This document shows, one piece after another, positions 17,373-24,828 of a DNA stretch of 35,523 bases. Each line of letters opens with the position of its first letter. Positions within the stretch are counted from its first letter, which is position 1. Under the pieces are notes generated by a model. That model was not told where the DNA came from. It ran no database searches and saw nothing but the letters and a program-made list of their open reading frames with translations. Origin of the DNA: a virus. Made by a program: the position numbers and the translations under genes. Location of the stretch: IMG/VR virus record IMGVR_UViG_3300045988_095824. One strand, 5' to 3'.

Positions 17373-17599
17373 TCTCGTTCCTTTCTCGGCCGGCTCGTCC
17401 GGCCGTACTGCTTGCCGCCCCATATGCCCTGCAACGGGTAGCCGCTGATCCGGTTGTTATCGTCGGCAAAGGCGCGGCACTCGTCGACGACCGGGCATGA
17501 CCGGCACACGGCGAGCGCCGCCGCCTGTTCGTATGGTTTGCCGCTGAACCAGAGTTCGGGGTCGTGGTCGCGGCATGCGGCTTGATGTCTCCAGTTCAT
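17369..17599 (-). CDS. whiB: WhiB-family transcription factor
   Basis: Four Cys residues (C9, C32, C35, C41: C-x22-C-x2-C-x5-C) plus a GIWGG turn and a basic tail. Confidence 0.85.
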   Translation of the reverse strand: MNWRHQAACRDHDPELWFSGKPYEQAAALAVCRSCPVVDECRAFADDNNRISGYPLQGIWGGKQYGRTSRPRKERE

Positions 17600-17643
17600 G
17601 GGCTATCGGCCGCCGTCGCAGGTGAAGACGATGCCGAGGCGTT

Positions 17644-17844
17644 TCACGACAAGTCCCTTTGCAGTGCGTGTTGGCCGGCCGCGGTGATGGCGTAGCGGCC
17701 GTATCCGACGTCTTCCGCGTATCCACGTGCTTCAAGGGACTGGTAGGTGCGCCGGTGATTGCCATCCGCAGGATAGACGTCGCCATGCCTGACAATCTGG
17801 AGCAGTGCGCTCTTTTGCGCGTAGGTGAGTCGCCGGACGCTCAT
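17644..17844 (-). CDS. Hypothetical protein (66 aa)
   Basis: Protein-like composition and ATGA coupling with the upstream gene. Confidence 0.45.
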   Translation of the reverse strand: MSVRRLTYAQKSALLQIVRHGDVYPADGNHRRTYQSLEARGYAEDVGYGRYAITAAGQHALQRDLS

Positions 17845-18146
17845 TTCAACGCCTCCGTCCGCGCGGCAGTGATCGCCAACCGCGCAAGCAGCCGATACTG
17901 CTCTTTCGCGTCAGGGTTCAACTTCGACCACAACGGCTCCACCTCCTCGAAGCCCATGCCCGACGTACCCGTATAGACGGCGAGCGCCGCCGCGTCGATC
18001 TCCCTATCGGTGATCTTGCGGCATACGCCGGCCCTGTACGCCTTGCGCGACGCGAGGCACTGGCCGAGACGGGTGATGCCGGTCGGGCGCTCGCCGTTGT
18101 CTGGGTAGGGGTAGCGTTCCTCGATCTCGTTGGTGATGATGCTCAT
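17841..18146 (-). CDS. Hypothetical protein (101 aa)
   Basis: GGAAAGGAA RBS and protein-like composition. Confidence 0.5.
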   Translation of the reverse strand: MSIITNEIEERYPYPDNGERPTGITRLGQCLASRKAYRAGVCRKITDREIDAAALAVYTGTSGMGFEEVEPLWSKLNPDAKEQYRLLARLAITAARTEALK

Positions 18147-18195
18147 CGTGGTTCCTTTCCTGTGTGGTCGTCGGCCCTTGTGGTGGTGTGCATGC

Positions 18196-18378
18196 TTACC
18201 AGTCCTTTTCGAGTTCTTGGCAGTCGGGGCAGATGGATGACGTGGTGTCGGTGAGCGGTGCGCCGCAGATCGCGCAGATGGTCGGATCGTTGGCCGGTTC
18301 GGGTCGGTGGGCTGCTTCCAGGAGGCGGCGGATGAGTTCGATGGTCTGCGGTGCGGGGGTTGTGGTGTGGGTGCTCAT
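18196..18378 (-). CDS. Hypothetical zinc-ribbon protein (60 aa)
   Basis: MSTHTTTPAPQTIELIRR...CAICGAP...CPDCQ, ATGA overlap with the upstream gene. Confidence 0.45.
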   Translation of the reverse strand: MSTHTTTPAPQTIELIRRLLEAAHRPEPANDPTICAICGAPLTDTTSSICPDCQELEKDW

Positions 18379-18608
18379 TGCTTGTCCTTGAGTTTGATGT
18401 GTTCCCAGTCGCATGACGCTCCGCCGGAGTCGGAGAAGCATCGGACGGCCGCGCTGCCGTCGGGCAGTTCGTACCAGCGGACGTATCCGGGGTCGGGGTT
18501 GTTCACGGTGCCCTGGACGTCGCCTTTGGGTGTTTCTCCGCATGCCGTGAGCGCGAGGATGGCGAGGATCGCCGTGAGGGTTGCGGGTATTCGTTTGCGG
18601 GGGTTCAT
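18375..18608 (-). CDS. Putative lipoprotein (77 aa)
   Basis: MNPRKRIPATLTAILAILALTAC|GETPKG: basic n-region, hydrophobic core and an L-T-A-C lipobox. Confidence 0.65.
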   Translation of the reverse strand: MNPRKRIPATLTAILAILALTACGETPKGDVQGTVNNPDPGYVRWYELPDGSAAVRCFSDSGGASCDWEHIKLKDKQ

Positions 18609-19258
18609 GATTGGGTTCCTTGGTGTCCGGCTCGCATGATGTCGAGGTAGGCGGTGTAGTCGTTGATGTCCCTGTGGATGCAGTCTTGGACTCGGTGGGT
18701 GCCTGCGTGGTTCTGGTAGGGGTCGCGGCCGATGGCTTGGTCGGTGAGGCGCAGGGTGGTGAGGTCGAGTTTTCTGTGGTGGAGCCCTTCGGCGATGGGG
18801 TGGTTGAGGTGGCGGCTGAGGTGGACGTCGAGTTGGCGTAGGTCGAAGTCCACGTTGGTGCCGGCGGGGTGGAGTGTGTATTGGCTGAGTTGGTCGTTGA
18901 GGAATTCGTGGATGTTCCATGCGGTGTGCTGGTAGTCGTAGGTGTCCTTGGGTGCTTCGGCGCTGGCGAGCATGAGTCCGTTGGCGAGGTGCATTTCGTA
19001 GGCTTTCAGGAGTTCGGGGTAGTTGGCCCAGTTGCGTATGTTGTCGGGGTGGACGATCAGGTGGAGGCTGTCGTGGGGGTGTTTGCCGGTCATGTCGGTG
19101 ACTTGCATGCCGACTTCCAGGAGTTCGCACTGGTAGGGGTCGACGCCGGTGGTTTCGGTGTCGATCCAGAGGAGCATGTCGGGTTTTCTTGGCGGGCGGG
19201 GCGGGTCGAGGGGGATGGTCCGGTGGCCGATGGCGAGGGTTGTCGTGGTGTCGTTCAT
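18605..19258 (-). CDS. DEDDh 3'-5' exonuclease, oligoribonuclease (Orn)-like
   Basis: Exo I LLWIDTETTG, Exo II GTNVDFDLRQL and Exo III GTHRVQDCIHRD are colinear with the E. coli Orn motifs as recalled from memory. Confidence 0.7.
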   Translation of the reverse strand: MNDTTTTLAIGHRTIPLDPPRPPRKPDMLLWIDTETTGVDPYQCELLEVGMQVTDMTGKHPHDSLHLIVHPDNIRNWANYPELLKAYEMHLANGLMLASAEAPKDTYDYQHTAWNIHEFLNDQLSQYTLHPAGTNVDFDLRQLDVHLSRHLNHPIAEGLHHRKLDLTTLRLTDQAIGRDPYQNHAGTHRVQDCIHRDINDYTAYLDIMRAGHQGTQS

Positions 19259-19653
19259 TCGTTGCCTTTCTTGATGTCGATGTGGGTGGGCATGTTTTCG
19301 GGTGGCGGGCAGGGGTGGCGGGTGCCGTCCGCGTTGAGCTGCTGCCAGCCGCCGGTGCGGTAGTAGACGGGGATGGTGGCGGGGTCTTTGCCCATGTGGA
19401 CGAGGTAGCCGAGCCGGTAGGCGCGTGCGGGGTGGGCGTGGACCCATCCGTGGCATCCTGTGGTGCCGCTGCCGCAGAGTTGGAGCAGGTTTTCGGGTTG
19501 GTGGAGCCGGTCGAAGGGGTGGCTTCGCGGTTCCCTGTGGTGGATGCTGTCGCCGCTCCAGTGGCTGCCGGTTTCCCGGTCGCAGATGGCGCATCGGTAT
19601 CGGTCTCGCCGTTGTACGATGCGGCGGGTTTCGTCGGTGGGTTTGGTGCTCAT
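19255..19653 (-). CDS. HNH endonuclease (second copy, in the replication module)
   Basis: RYRCAICD...SIHHREPRS...ENLLQLC...GCHGWVH, ATGA overlaps on both sides. Confidence 0.7.
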   Translation of the reverse strand: MSTKPTDETRRIVQRRDRYRCAICDRETGSHWSGDSIHHREPRSHPFDRLHQPENLLQLCGSGTTGCHGWVHAHPARAYRLGYLVHMGKDPATIPVYYRTGGWQQLNADGTRHPCPPPENMPTHIDIKKGNE

Positions 19654-20729
19654 CTCTGGGCCTTTCGTTGGCATTCGTTGATGATTTCCTTGGCTTTTTG
19701 TTCCGGGTTGATGCCGGTTTTTACGCAGGCCCAGAAGTCGGTTCTCATCGCGTCGGTGAAGGTGCCTACGGGCACGTGGTCTCGGATGTGGCCGGTGATC
19801 CACCGGTCGTCGATGACGGTGCCGTCGGGCAGTGCGTGCCGGTAGGGTTTCGGCTGGCTGGGCATGGTGTCCGTGTATGCGCCTTGGCGCAGCCATCGGC
19901 TCATGTTGGGCGCGTATCTGGGGTCGTCCACGGTTTTGGCGTAGGCGATGACGGCTCCGATGAGCTGCGCTTCCGTCACGGCGGACGTGCCGTCGTGCCC
20001 GGCCACGGCTGCGGCCCACGCTTTCTCGGCTTCCCGTCGCGAGCCGGTGTGGCGCGGGTAGGCGTTCCACGCGGTCTCGAACGGGTCTTCGAGCATCCTG
20101 GCCTCGAGCTCGGCCATGGTGGTGCGCTCCGGCTCCGACTCGGACACCGGTGTCGGTGTCGGCGTCGGCGTCGGCGTGGAGGGGTTGGGGGAGGTTATAT
20201 CGGTATGGGAATAGGTATAGGTAAGGGTGCTTCGTTTTTGCTTGCCGGTTTGCTTCGCGTTTGCTTCACCTTTTGCTTCGGCAAGTGCTTCGTCGTTTGC
20301 TTCGTCCGGTTGAAGCATTTGCTTCGCGTTTGCTTCGCTGTCTGCTGAAGCATTTGCTTCGTTTTTGCTTCGTCTCGAGCGGCCGGACGCCTTGCCACCG
20401 GCACGGCCGGCGCGGGCGCGTTTCTCCTGCAATTCCTTGGTGGCCGCGTACTTGCAGAGCATGGTGCCGTCCGGGTTGGCGGCGACGATCTCGAACACGT
20501 CCGGCTCGGTTTCGCGCCACAGGCCGGCGTCCACGAGCTGGCGGGCGAGCTTCGGGCTGCCGCCGAGCTTCCTGACGCGCTGCATGGTGATGGCCCCGTC
20601 GTAGTCGCCGTGGCGCAGCTGGCGGCCGACGTAGCTGCCGGCCATCGCCCACAGGCCAATCGCGGACAATGGAAGCTCCTCGCATTGCGGGGCGTCGTAG
20701 ATGCCATCGTCGATCATGAACCAAGTCAT
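19650..20729 (-). CDS. Replication organiser / initiator-like protein carrying an internal iteron array
   Basis: 359 aa. N- and C-terminal globular parts are separated by an EAN/KQ-rich repeat and a (TP)5 linker. It lies next to SSB. The function is inferred from position and the internal repeats. Confidence 0.5.
   Translation of the reverse strand: MTWFMIDDGIYDAPQCEELPLSAIGLWAMAGSYVGRQLRHGDYDGAITMQRVRKLGGSPKLARQLVDAGLWRETEPDVFEIVAANPDGTMLCKYAATKELQEKRARAGRAGGKASGRSRRSKNEANASADSEANAKQMLQPDEANDEALAEAKGEANAKQTGKQKRSTLTYTYSHTDITSPNPSTPTPTPTPTPVSESEPERTTMAELEARMLEDPFETAWNAYPRHTGSRREAEKAWAAAVAGHDGTSAVTEAQLIGAVIAYAKTVDDPRYAPNMSRWLRQGAYTDTMPSQPKPYRHALPDGTVIDDRWITGHIRDHVPVGTFTDAMRTDFWACVKTGINPEQKAKEIINECQRKAQR
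20228..20372. repeat. Iteron-like array: 11 copies of TGCTTCG (9 exact, 2 variants) spaced 11-12 bp or multiples
   Basis: Copies start at 20228, 20239, 20251, 20262, 20274, 20286, 20298, 20320, 20331, 20355 and 20366. A longer unit tgaagcatttgcttcg occurs twice (20311, 20345). An AT-richer stretch at 20190..20227 is adjacent. Confidence 0.6.
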
Positions 20730-20754
20730 GGGTGTCTTCTCCTCTCGGGTCGGC

Positions 20755-21171
20755 CTATTCGATCTCGCCGGTGTCGGGGTCGACGGTTTCCCCGCCGTCG
20801 TTCCCGTCGTCGTCCGTGGTGGGCAGTTCGCCGAACGGGTCGAGGCTGCGTTTTAAGTCGTCGAGCATGATCCGGTGGCGCGTGGAGTTCGGATAGGTCA
20901 TGAGGTCGTCCAGGACGGTGGCCTCGTCGATGATGCGCTGCGCGAGCTCGTCGGCGTCGTAGAGCGCTTCGACGTATGGGCTGATGCCCTTGTAGCGTTC
21001 GATGTATTCCTCCTTGTCGGCGCATTCGAGGAGCTTCGACGCCTTGACGCGGAACGCGCTGGCGGCCTTCTTGACCGAGCCTGCGGCTGCGGACAATGGC
21101 AGCAGCTGCAACGGGGTTATCTCGTCGGGGATGAGCGTGTCCTGCACGCCCTTGCTTTTGTTCTTCGCCAT
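20755..21171 (-). CDS. Hypothetical protein (138 aa, acidic C-terminus)
   Basis: Start reassigned to MAKNKSKGVQDTLIPDE.. (ATG 21171, AAAGGA RBS). Confidence 0.5.
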   Translation of the reverse strand: MAKNKSKGVQDTLIPDEITPLQLLPLSAAAGSVKKAASAFRVKASKLLECADKEEYIERYKGISPYVEALYDADELAQRIIDEATVLDDLMTYPNSTRHRIMLDDLKRSLDPFGELPTTDDDGNDGGETVDPDTGEIE

Positions 21172-21184
21172 GCGAGTGTCCTTT

Positions 21185-21721
21185 CTAGAATTCCGGGTCG
21201 CCGGTGTCGGTGGTGAACGTGTCCGGCGTGTAGCCGCTGCCGCCGTTGGCCCACGGGTCGGACGCCGGCGGCGGTGTCGTCTGCTGCGGCTGCTGCTGTT
21301 GCGGGGACTGGCCGTTCGGGTTGCCGAACGTGCTGCCACCCTGATAGCCGTCGTGGCCTCCCTGTTTCGTGACCTGCGCGGTGGCGTAGCGCAGGCTGGG
21401 CCCGATCTCGTCCACGGTCATTTCGACCACGGTGCGGTTCGTGCCGTCCTGAGCCTGATAGGAGCGCTGGGAGAGCCGGCCGGTGGCGACGACACGCATG
21501 CCCTTGGACAGCGACTGGGCGCAATGCCCGGCGAGGTCGCGCCAGGCGGAGCAGCGCATGAACAATGACTGGCCGTCCTCGTACTGGTTGGCCTGCCGGT
21601 TCCAGACGCGCGGCGTGGAGGCGATGGTGAAGCCGCACACCTGCGTGCCGGTGCCGGTGGTGCGCAGTTCGGGGTCTGCGGTCAGGTTGCCGACGATCGT
21701 GAGGATGGTTTCGCCGGCCAC
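21185..21721 (-). CDS. ssb: Single-stranded DNA-binding protein
   Basis: GTG start at 21721 (TAGTG overlap with the upstream stop). OB-fold N-terminus ETILTIVGNLTADPELRTT..G, a Gly/Gln/Pro-rich linker and an acidic tail ending DTGDPEF. Confidence 0.85.
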   Translation of the reverse strand: MAGETILTIVGNLTADPELRTTGTGTQVCGFTIASTPRVWNRQANQYEDGQSLFMRCSAWRDLAGHCAQSLSKGMRVVATGRLSQRSYQAQDGTNRTVVEMTVDEIGPSLRYATAQVTKQGGHDGYQGGSTFGNPNGQSPQQQQPQQTTPPPASDPWANGGSGYTPDTFTTDTGDPEF

Positions 21722-22203
21722 TAGTCCTCGTCCTCCATGTCCTCGATCCAGTCGCAGACGAACGTGGCGAGGACGTGCGCGTCCTTGGCTGCGCTGCTCG
21801 CGATGCCCCATGCCACGTCTTCGCGGCGGTTGTGGCAGTGCAGGGCGAGGTCGGAGAGCGCCGCATAGGCCATGTCGGCCACGTCGCGCATGTGCTCCAG
21901 CTCGTCAAGCTCGCCGGCGTCATCCGGGCCGTCGCCCTCTTCCTCGTCGTCTTCGTCGTCGATGACGGCGCCGAGCGGCTTCCGGTCGCTGGAGGCGAAC
22001 ATGTCGGCGAGCGTCTTGCCATTGGGCAGCACAGGTTCGACGGCTATGAAGGCCTTGGCTTTCTCGCTCAATGCGAGGCCGGCTTGGTCGAGCGCCGTGA
22101 CGAACAGTTTTGCCAGCTCACCGTCGGAGACGGACACGTCGCCCTCGATGAGGCCGTAGAACTTCTCGGCGAGTTTTTCGGCCATTTCCTTGTTGGATGT
22201 CAT
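21721..22203 (-). CDS. Hypothetical acidic protein (160 aa)
   Basis: MTSNKEMAEKLAEKFYGLIEG.., GGAAAGGA RBS, ATGA overlap with the upstream gene. Confidence 0.5.
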   Translation of the reverse strand: MTSNKEMAEKLAEKFYGLIEGDVSVSDGELAKLFVTALDQAGLALSEKAKAFIAVEPVLPNGKTLADMFASSDRKPLGAVIDDEDDEEEGDGPDDAGELDELEHMRDVADMAYAALSDLALHCHNRREDVAWGIASSAAKDAHVLATFVCDWIEDMEDED

Positions 22204-22439
22204 GATTTTCCTTTCCTGATGTCCCGTTTCCATGCCCATTCGCATTCCGCGCCGATGGTCGCCGTGCTGCGGTCGATGACGAACGCGGCGGGCGACGGCA
22301 TGAGGATGAGGCGTGGGTAGTCGAGCCGTGAGTTGCATTCGCAGATCGCGTCCAGCGTCTCGGCGATCAGTTCGCCGGGCGTCATGGTCAGGCCCCGTTC
22401 GGTGATGGGCCAGATCATGAGGCTGCGGTGGGTGTTCAT
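22200..22439 (-). CDS. Hypothetical protein (79 aa)
   Basis: MNTHRSLMIWPITERG.., GAAGGAG RBS. Confidence 0.5.
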   Translation of the reverse strand: MNTHRSLMIWPITERGLTMTPGELIAETLDAICECNSRLDYPRLILMPSPAAFVIDRSTATIGAECEWAWKRDIRKGKS

Positions 22440-22783
22440 GGGACTCCTTCGTTTGGTGCGGGGCCGCGCTGGCGTGGTCGACGCCGGCAATGGAGACCAC
22501 CGGCTCGCACGCCATCGCTTCCGCTATCCACTGACTTCCTGTCGTATGGTGATGGATCGCGGCCGACGTTGACGCGTCCCCAGTGGACGGCCTCGGAATC
22601 GAACCGAGTCCCGGCCCTGTGCCGGCACTTGTGCGCCTGCGTGGCCGGGGGCTAACCTGCCCGCCCTATGCGCCGGCGGCCGGGGAACCGCCGACGCTGT
22701 TTGAGAGGAGAAGAGATTTTGAGTTTTCGATTCGGGTTTGTACGGTTTTCCTTCCGCCGCCACCTCGGGAAGAGGAGGCAAGA

Positions 22784-22942
22784 CTAGATGGACAACACAA
22801 GAAGGCACAGGGCGACCCACAGGCATACGGAGGACACCGTCGTTGAGGGTTTTTCCCTGCGCTTCTGCGCGGTGCCGACGTTGGCCAGCACGAGCACGAG
22901 GGCGACGGCGCAGAACGTGATCTGCTGCCAGCACAGGCTCAT
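22784..22942 (-). CDS. Small membrane protein (52 aa, two hydrophobic segments)
   Basis: MSLCWQQITFCAVALVLVLANVG...VCLWVALCLLVLSI, ATGA overlap with the upstream gene. Confidence 0.5.
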   Translation of the reverse strand: MSLCWQQITFCAVALVLVLANVGTAQKRREKPSTTVSSVCLWVALCLLVLSI

Positions 22943-23130
22943 TCCGATTCGCCTCCCGCCTCTTCGATGAGGCCGATGAGGAACAGTGGCGCGTTGACGA
23001 ACGCCCACCACGCGGCCAGACCATTGCCCAGCGGGTGCATGCAGGCGTCATGGGTCAACAGCCACGCCAGACAGCAGACGATGGAGACCACCAGCAGCAG
23101 GCCGATCGTGTACGGGTAGCGCTTGAACAT
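22939..23130 (-). CDS. Small membrane protein (63 aa, two TM segments)
   Basis: MFKRYPYTIGLLLVVSIVCCLAWLL...AAWWAFVNAPLFLIGLI. It begins 8 nt after the SPFH gene. Confidence 0.55.
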   Translation of the reverse strand: MFKRYPYTIGLLLVVSIVCCLAWLLTHDACMHPLGNGLAAWWAFVNAPLFLIGLIEEAGGESE

Positions 23131-23140
23131 GACGCCGCCC

Positions 23141-24040
23141 TTACTTGGTCTGGACGAGCGTGTCCGCGCCGTCGGGGACGACGACGAGCTGGTCCGCGTT
23201 GGACAATGCGTCGATGTAGTGCTGTTTGAGCACGTTGTCGGTCAGGCTCTCGTTGAGCACGGCGTTGGCGTCGGCCTCGCCCTGCGCCTTGATCTTCTTG
23301 GTCTCGGCCTCGGTCTTGGCGACTTCCTGCTCGTTCATGGCCTTCTGCTTGTCGATCTCGGCGGCCTGCGCCTCGTTGTATTTCTTGACGATCTCGTCGC
23401 CATAGCGCACGTCCTGCACGCTGACCTGTTCGACGGTCAGGCCGATCTTCCTCCACTTCGCCGCCAGCGCATCCTGCACGGCCTTCGTGTACTCGCCTCG
23501 GTTGGTGAGCATCGTCAGGGTGTCGAACCGGCCGGACTGTTCACGGGCCACGCTGCGAAGATCGTTGCTGATGTAGTTCTGCGTGAACGTCTGCTGCTTG
23601 CCGTACTCCGAGTACAGGTATTCGGCCGCGCTCGGATCAAGGCTGTAGTTGACTTGGATGTCGATGTCTGCGGAAGCTCCGCTCCTGTCGTTGACGGTGA
23701 CCTGCTTGCCGACCGCGCTGCCGCCGTCGTACTTGTAATCGGTGTCCTTGTAGAAGTTGATGAGGTTGTTACGGGTGTCGTATTTGATGACGCTCTGCCA
23801 CGGCGTCTTCAAATGGAAGCCCGCGTCTTCGGAATGGCCGGCCAGACTGCCGCCCATGTTGCGGATGACCGCGACCTCGCCCACGTCCACGGAATACAGG
23901 CATGCGGGAATGAGCAGCAGCAATCCGACGAGGCCCGGAATGAGGCCGATGCCGGCCCCCTTGACGTTGTTGGACAGCGCGATGCCGGTGACGGCGGCGC
24001 TGAAGAGCAGCAGGATGATGGAGATGACGAACCAGATCAT
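23141..24040 (-). CDS. SPFH / Band-7 (stomatin-prohibitin-HflK/C-like) membrane protein
   Basis: Start reassigned to MIWFVISIILLLFSAAV.. (ATG 24040, AAAGGAA RBS). It has N-terminal TM segments, an SPFH core (VDVGEVAVIRNMGG..FHLKTPWQSVIKYDTR..) and a C-terminal coiled coil (EAQAAEIDKQKAMNEQEVAKTEAETKKIKAQGEADA). Confidence 0.75.
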   Translation of the reverse strand: MIWFVISIILLLFSAAVTGIALSNNVKGAGIGLIPGLVGLLLLIPACLYSVDVGEVAVIRNMGGSLAGHSEDAGFHLKTPWQSVIKYDTRNNLINFYKDTDYKYDGGSAVGKQVTVNDRSGASADIDIQVNYSLDPSAAEYLYSEYGKQQTFTQNYISNDLRSVAREQSGRFDTLTMLTNRGEYTKAVQDALAAKWRKIGLTVEQVSVQDVRYGDEIVKKYNEAQAAEIDKQKAMNEQEVAKTEAETKKIKAQGEADANAVLNESLTDNVLKQHYIDALSNADQLVVVPDGADTLVQTK

Positions 24041-24139
24041 GAGGGTTCCTTTCAGAAGATAAGGTCCTTTCCCCGTGCCGCGTAGGCTTGAAGCTGCAAC
24101 ACAAACAATCCGCTGCATGCGGGGAAAGGAAGTATTCAA

Positions 24140-24319
24140 ATGGGTGGAGCTGCAAGCTGGGCGAGCTCAGCGGAAACGAAGTTCAAGCAGGCTCAGGCAA
24201 GCACTAGAAATGCCTATGAGTCACGGATGACCGAGGGTCTAGCGGACATCGCCCAAGCGTTGTTCCAAATCGACTTACGGCTTGACCGGCTCGAAAAGAA
24301 ACTGGACGGTCGGGGTTAA
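24140..24319 (+). CDS. Candidate 59-aa ORF, below the track's apparent ~60-aa reporting floor and absent from it
   Basis: The ATG lies 7 nt after GAAAGGAAG. Sequence is MGGAASWASSAETKFKQAQASTRNAYESRMTEGLADIAQALFQIDLRLDRLEKKLDGRG. Hand-counted GC3 is about 61%, against about 39% for the antisense frame over the same bases. Confidence 0.4.
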   Translation: MGGAASWASSAETKFKQAQASTRNAYESRMTEGLADIAQALFQIDLRLDRLEKKLDGRG

Positions 24320-24413
24320 GCCTTGCCAGTTTGCGCTCGCTGATGACGTCGTGGCGTATGTAAAGGCTTTCCATGTTGAGCTGTGCGCCACGACGCTCAT
24401 AGGCGTTACTCAT
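24204..24413 (-). CDS. Hypothetical early protein (69 aa). Only the first ~31-34 codons look coding.
   Basis: MSNAYERRGAQLNMESLYIRHDVISERKLAR.., ATGA overlap with the upstream gene. The tail overlaps the plus-strand 59-aa ORF by 116 nt and loses its GC3 signal there. Confidence 0.4.
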   Translation of the reverse strand: MSNAYERRGAQLNMESLYIRHDVISERKLARLNPDRPVSFRAGQAVSRFGTTLGRCPLDPRSSVTHRHF

Positions 24414-24565
24414 TTCACTACCTCCGGCACATATCCGTTGTGGTCGCGCCAACGGCCGTCGGCCATGTCGTGCAGCCATGACGCCAGACGTCCGGCGTCC
24501 TGAAGATTGTGCTGCAACGTCTCCAGAGAGGACAGCAACGCAGGTTCACAATTGGACTTGCTCAT
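24410..24565 (-). CDS. Hypothetical early protein (51 aa)
   Basis: MSKSNCEPALLSSLETLQHNLQDAG.., ATGA overlap with the cro-like gene. Confidence 0.45.
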   Translation of the reverse strand: MSKSNCEPALLSSLETLQHNLQDAGRLASWLHDMADGRWRDHNGYVPEVVK

Positions 24566-24828
24566 TTCGCCGCCTCTTCCGGCTGGGTGTTGTCCGCCGG
24601 CCACGGGTCAAGAGTGCGACCCATGAGATAGTCCACGGACGTGTCGAAGAAGTCAGCGAGCGCCACATAGTCCTTCTTGGTGAAGCTGCGAGTGCCGTTG
24701 ATCTTGCTGGACAGTGCTTGCCGAGTCAGCCCGATCTCGTCGGCGAGCGCGGACTGTGTCATGTTCCGCGTATCGAGCAAGTCGAGCACGATTTGTGCTG
24801 TCTTGTTTTCCTGTGTTTGTAACCGCAT
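24562..24828 (-). CDS. Cro-like XRE-family HTH regulator
   Basis: Start reassigned to MRLQTQENKTAQIVLDLLDTRNMTQSALADEIGLTRQALSSKINGTR.. (ATG 24828). Divergent from the cI-like gene. No SD sequence upstream. Confidence 0.75.
   Translation of the reverse strand: MRLQTQENKTAQIVLDLLDTRNMTQSALADEIGLTRQALSSKINGTRSFTKKDYVALADFFDTSVDYLMGRTLDPWPADNTQPEEAAK

Noticed and set aside
20145-20182. GTCGGYGTCGG microsatellite-like tract
   Set aside because: It encodes a (TP)5 interdomain linker of the replication protein. It shows no independent regulatory signal, unlike the adjacent 7-mer array, which is phased.
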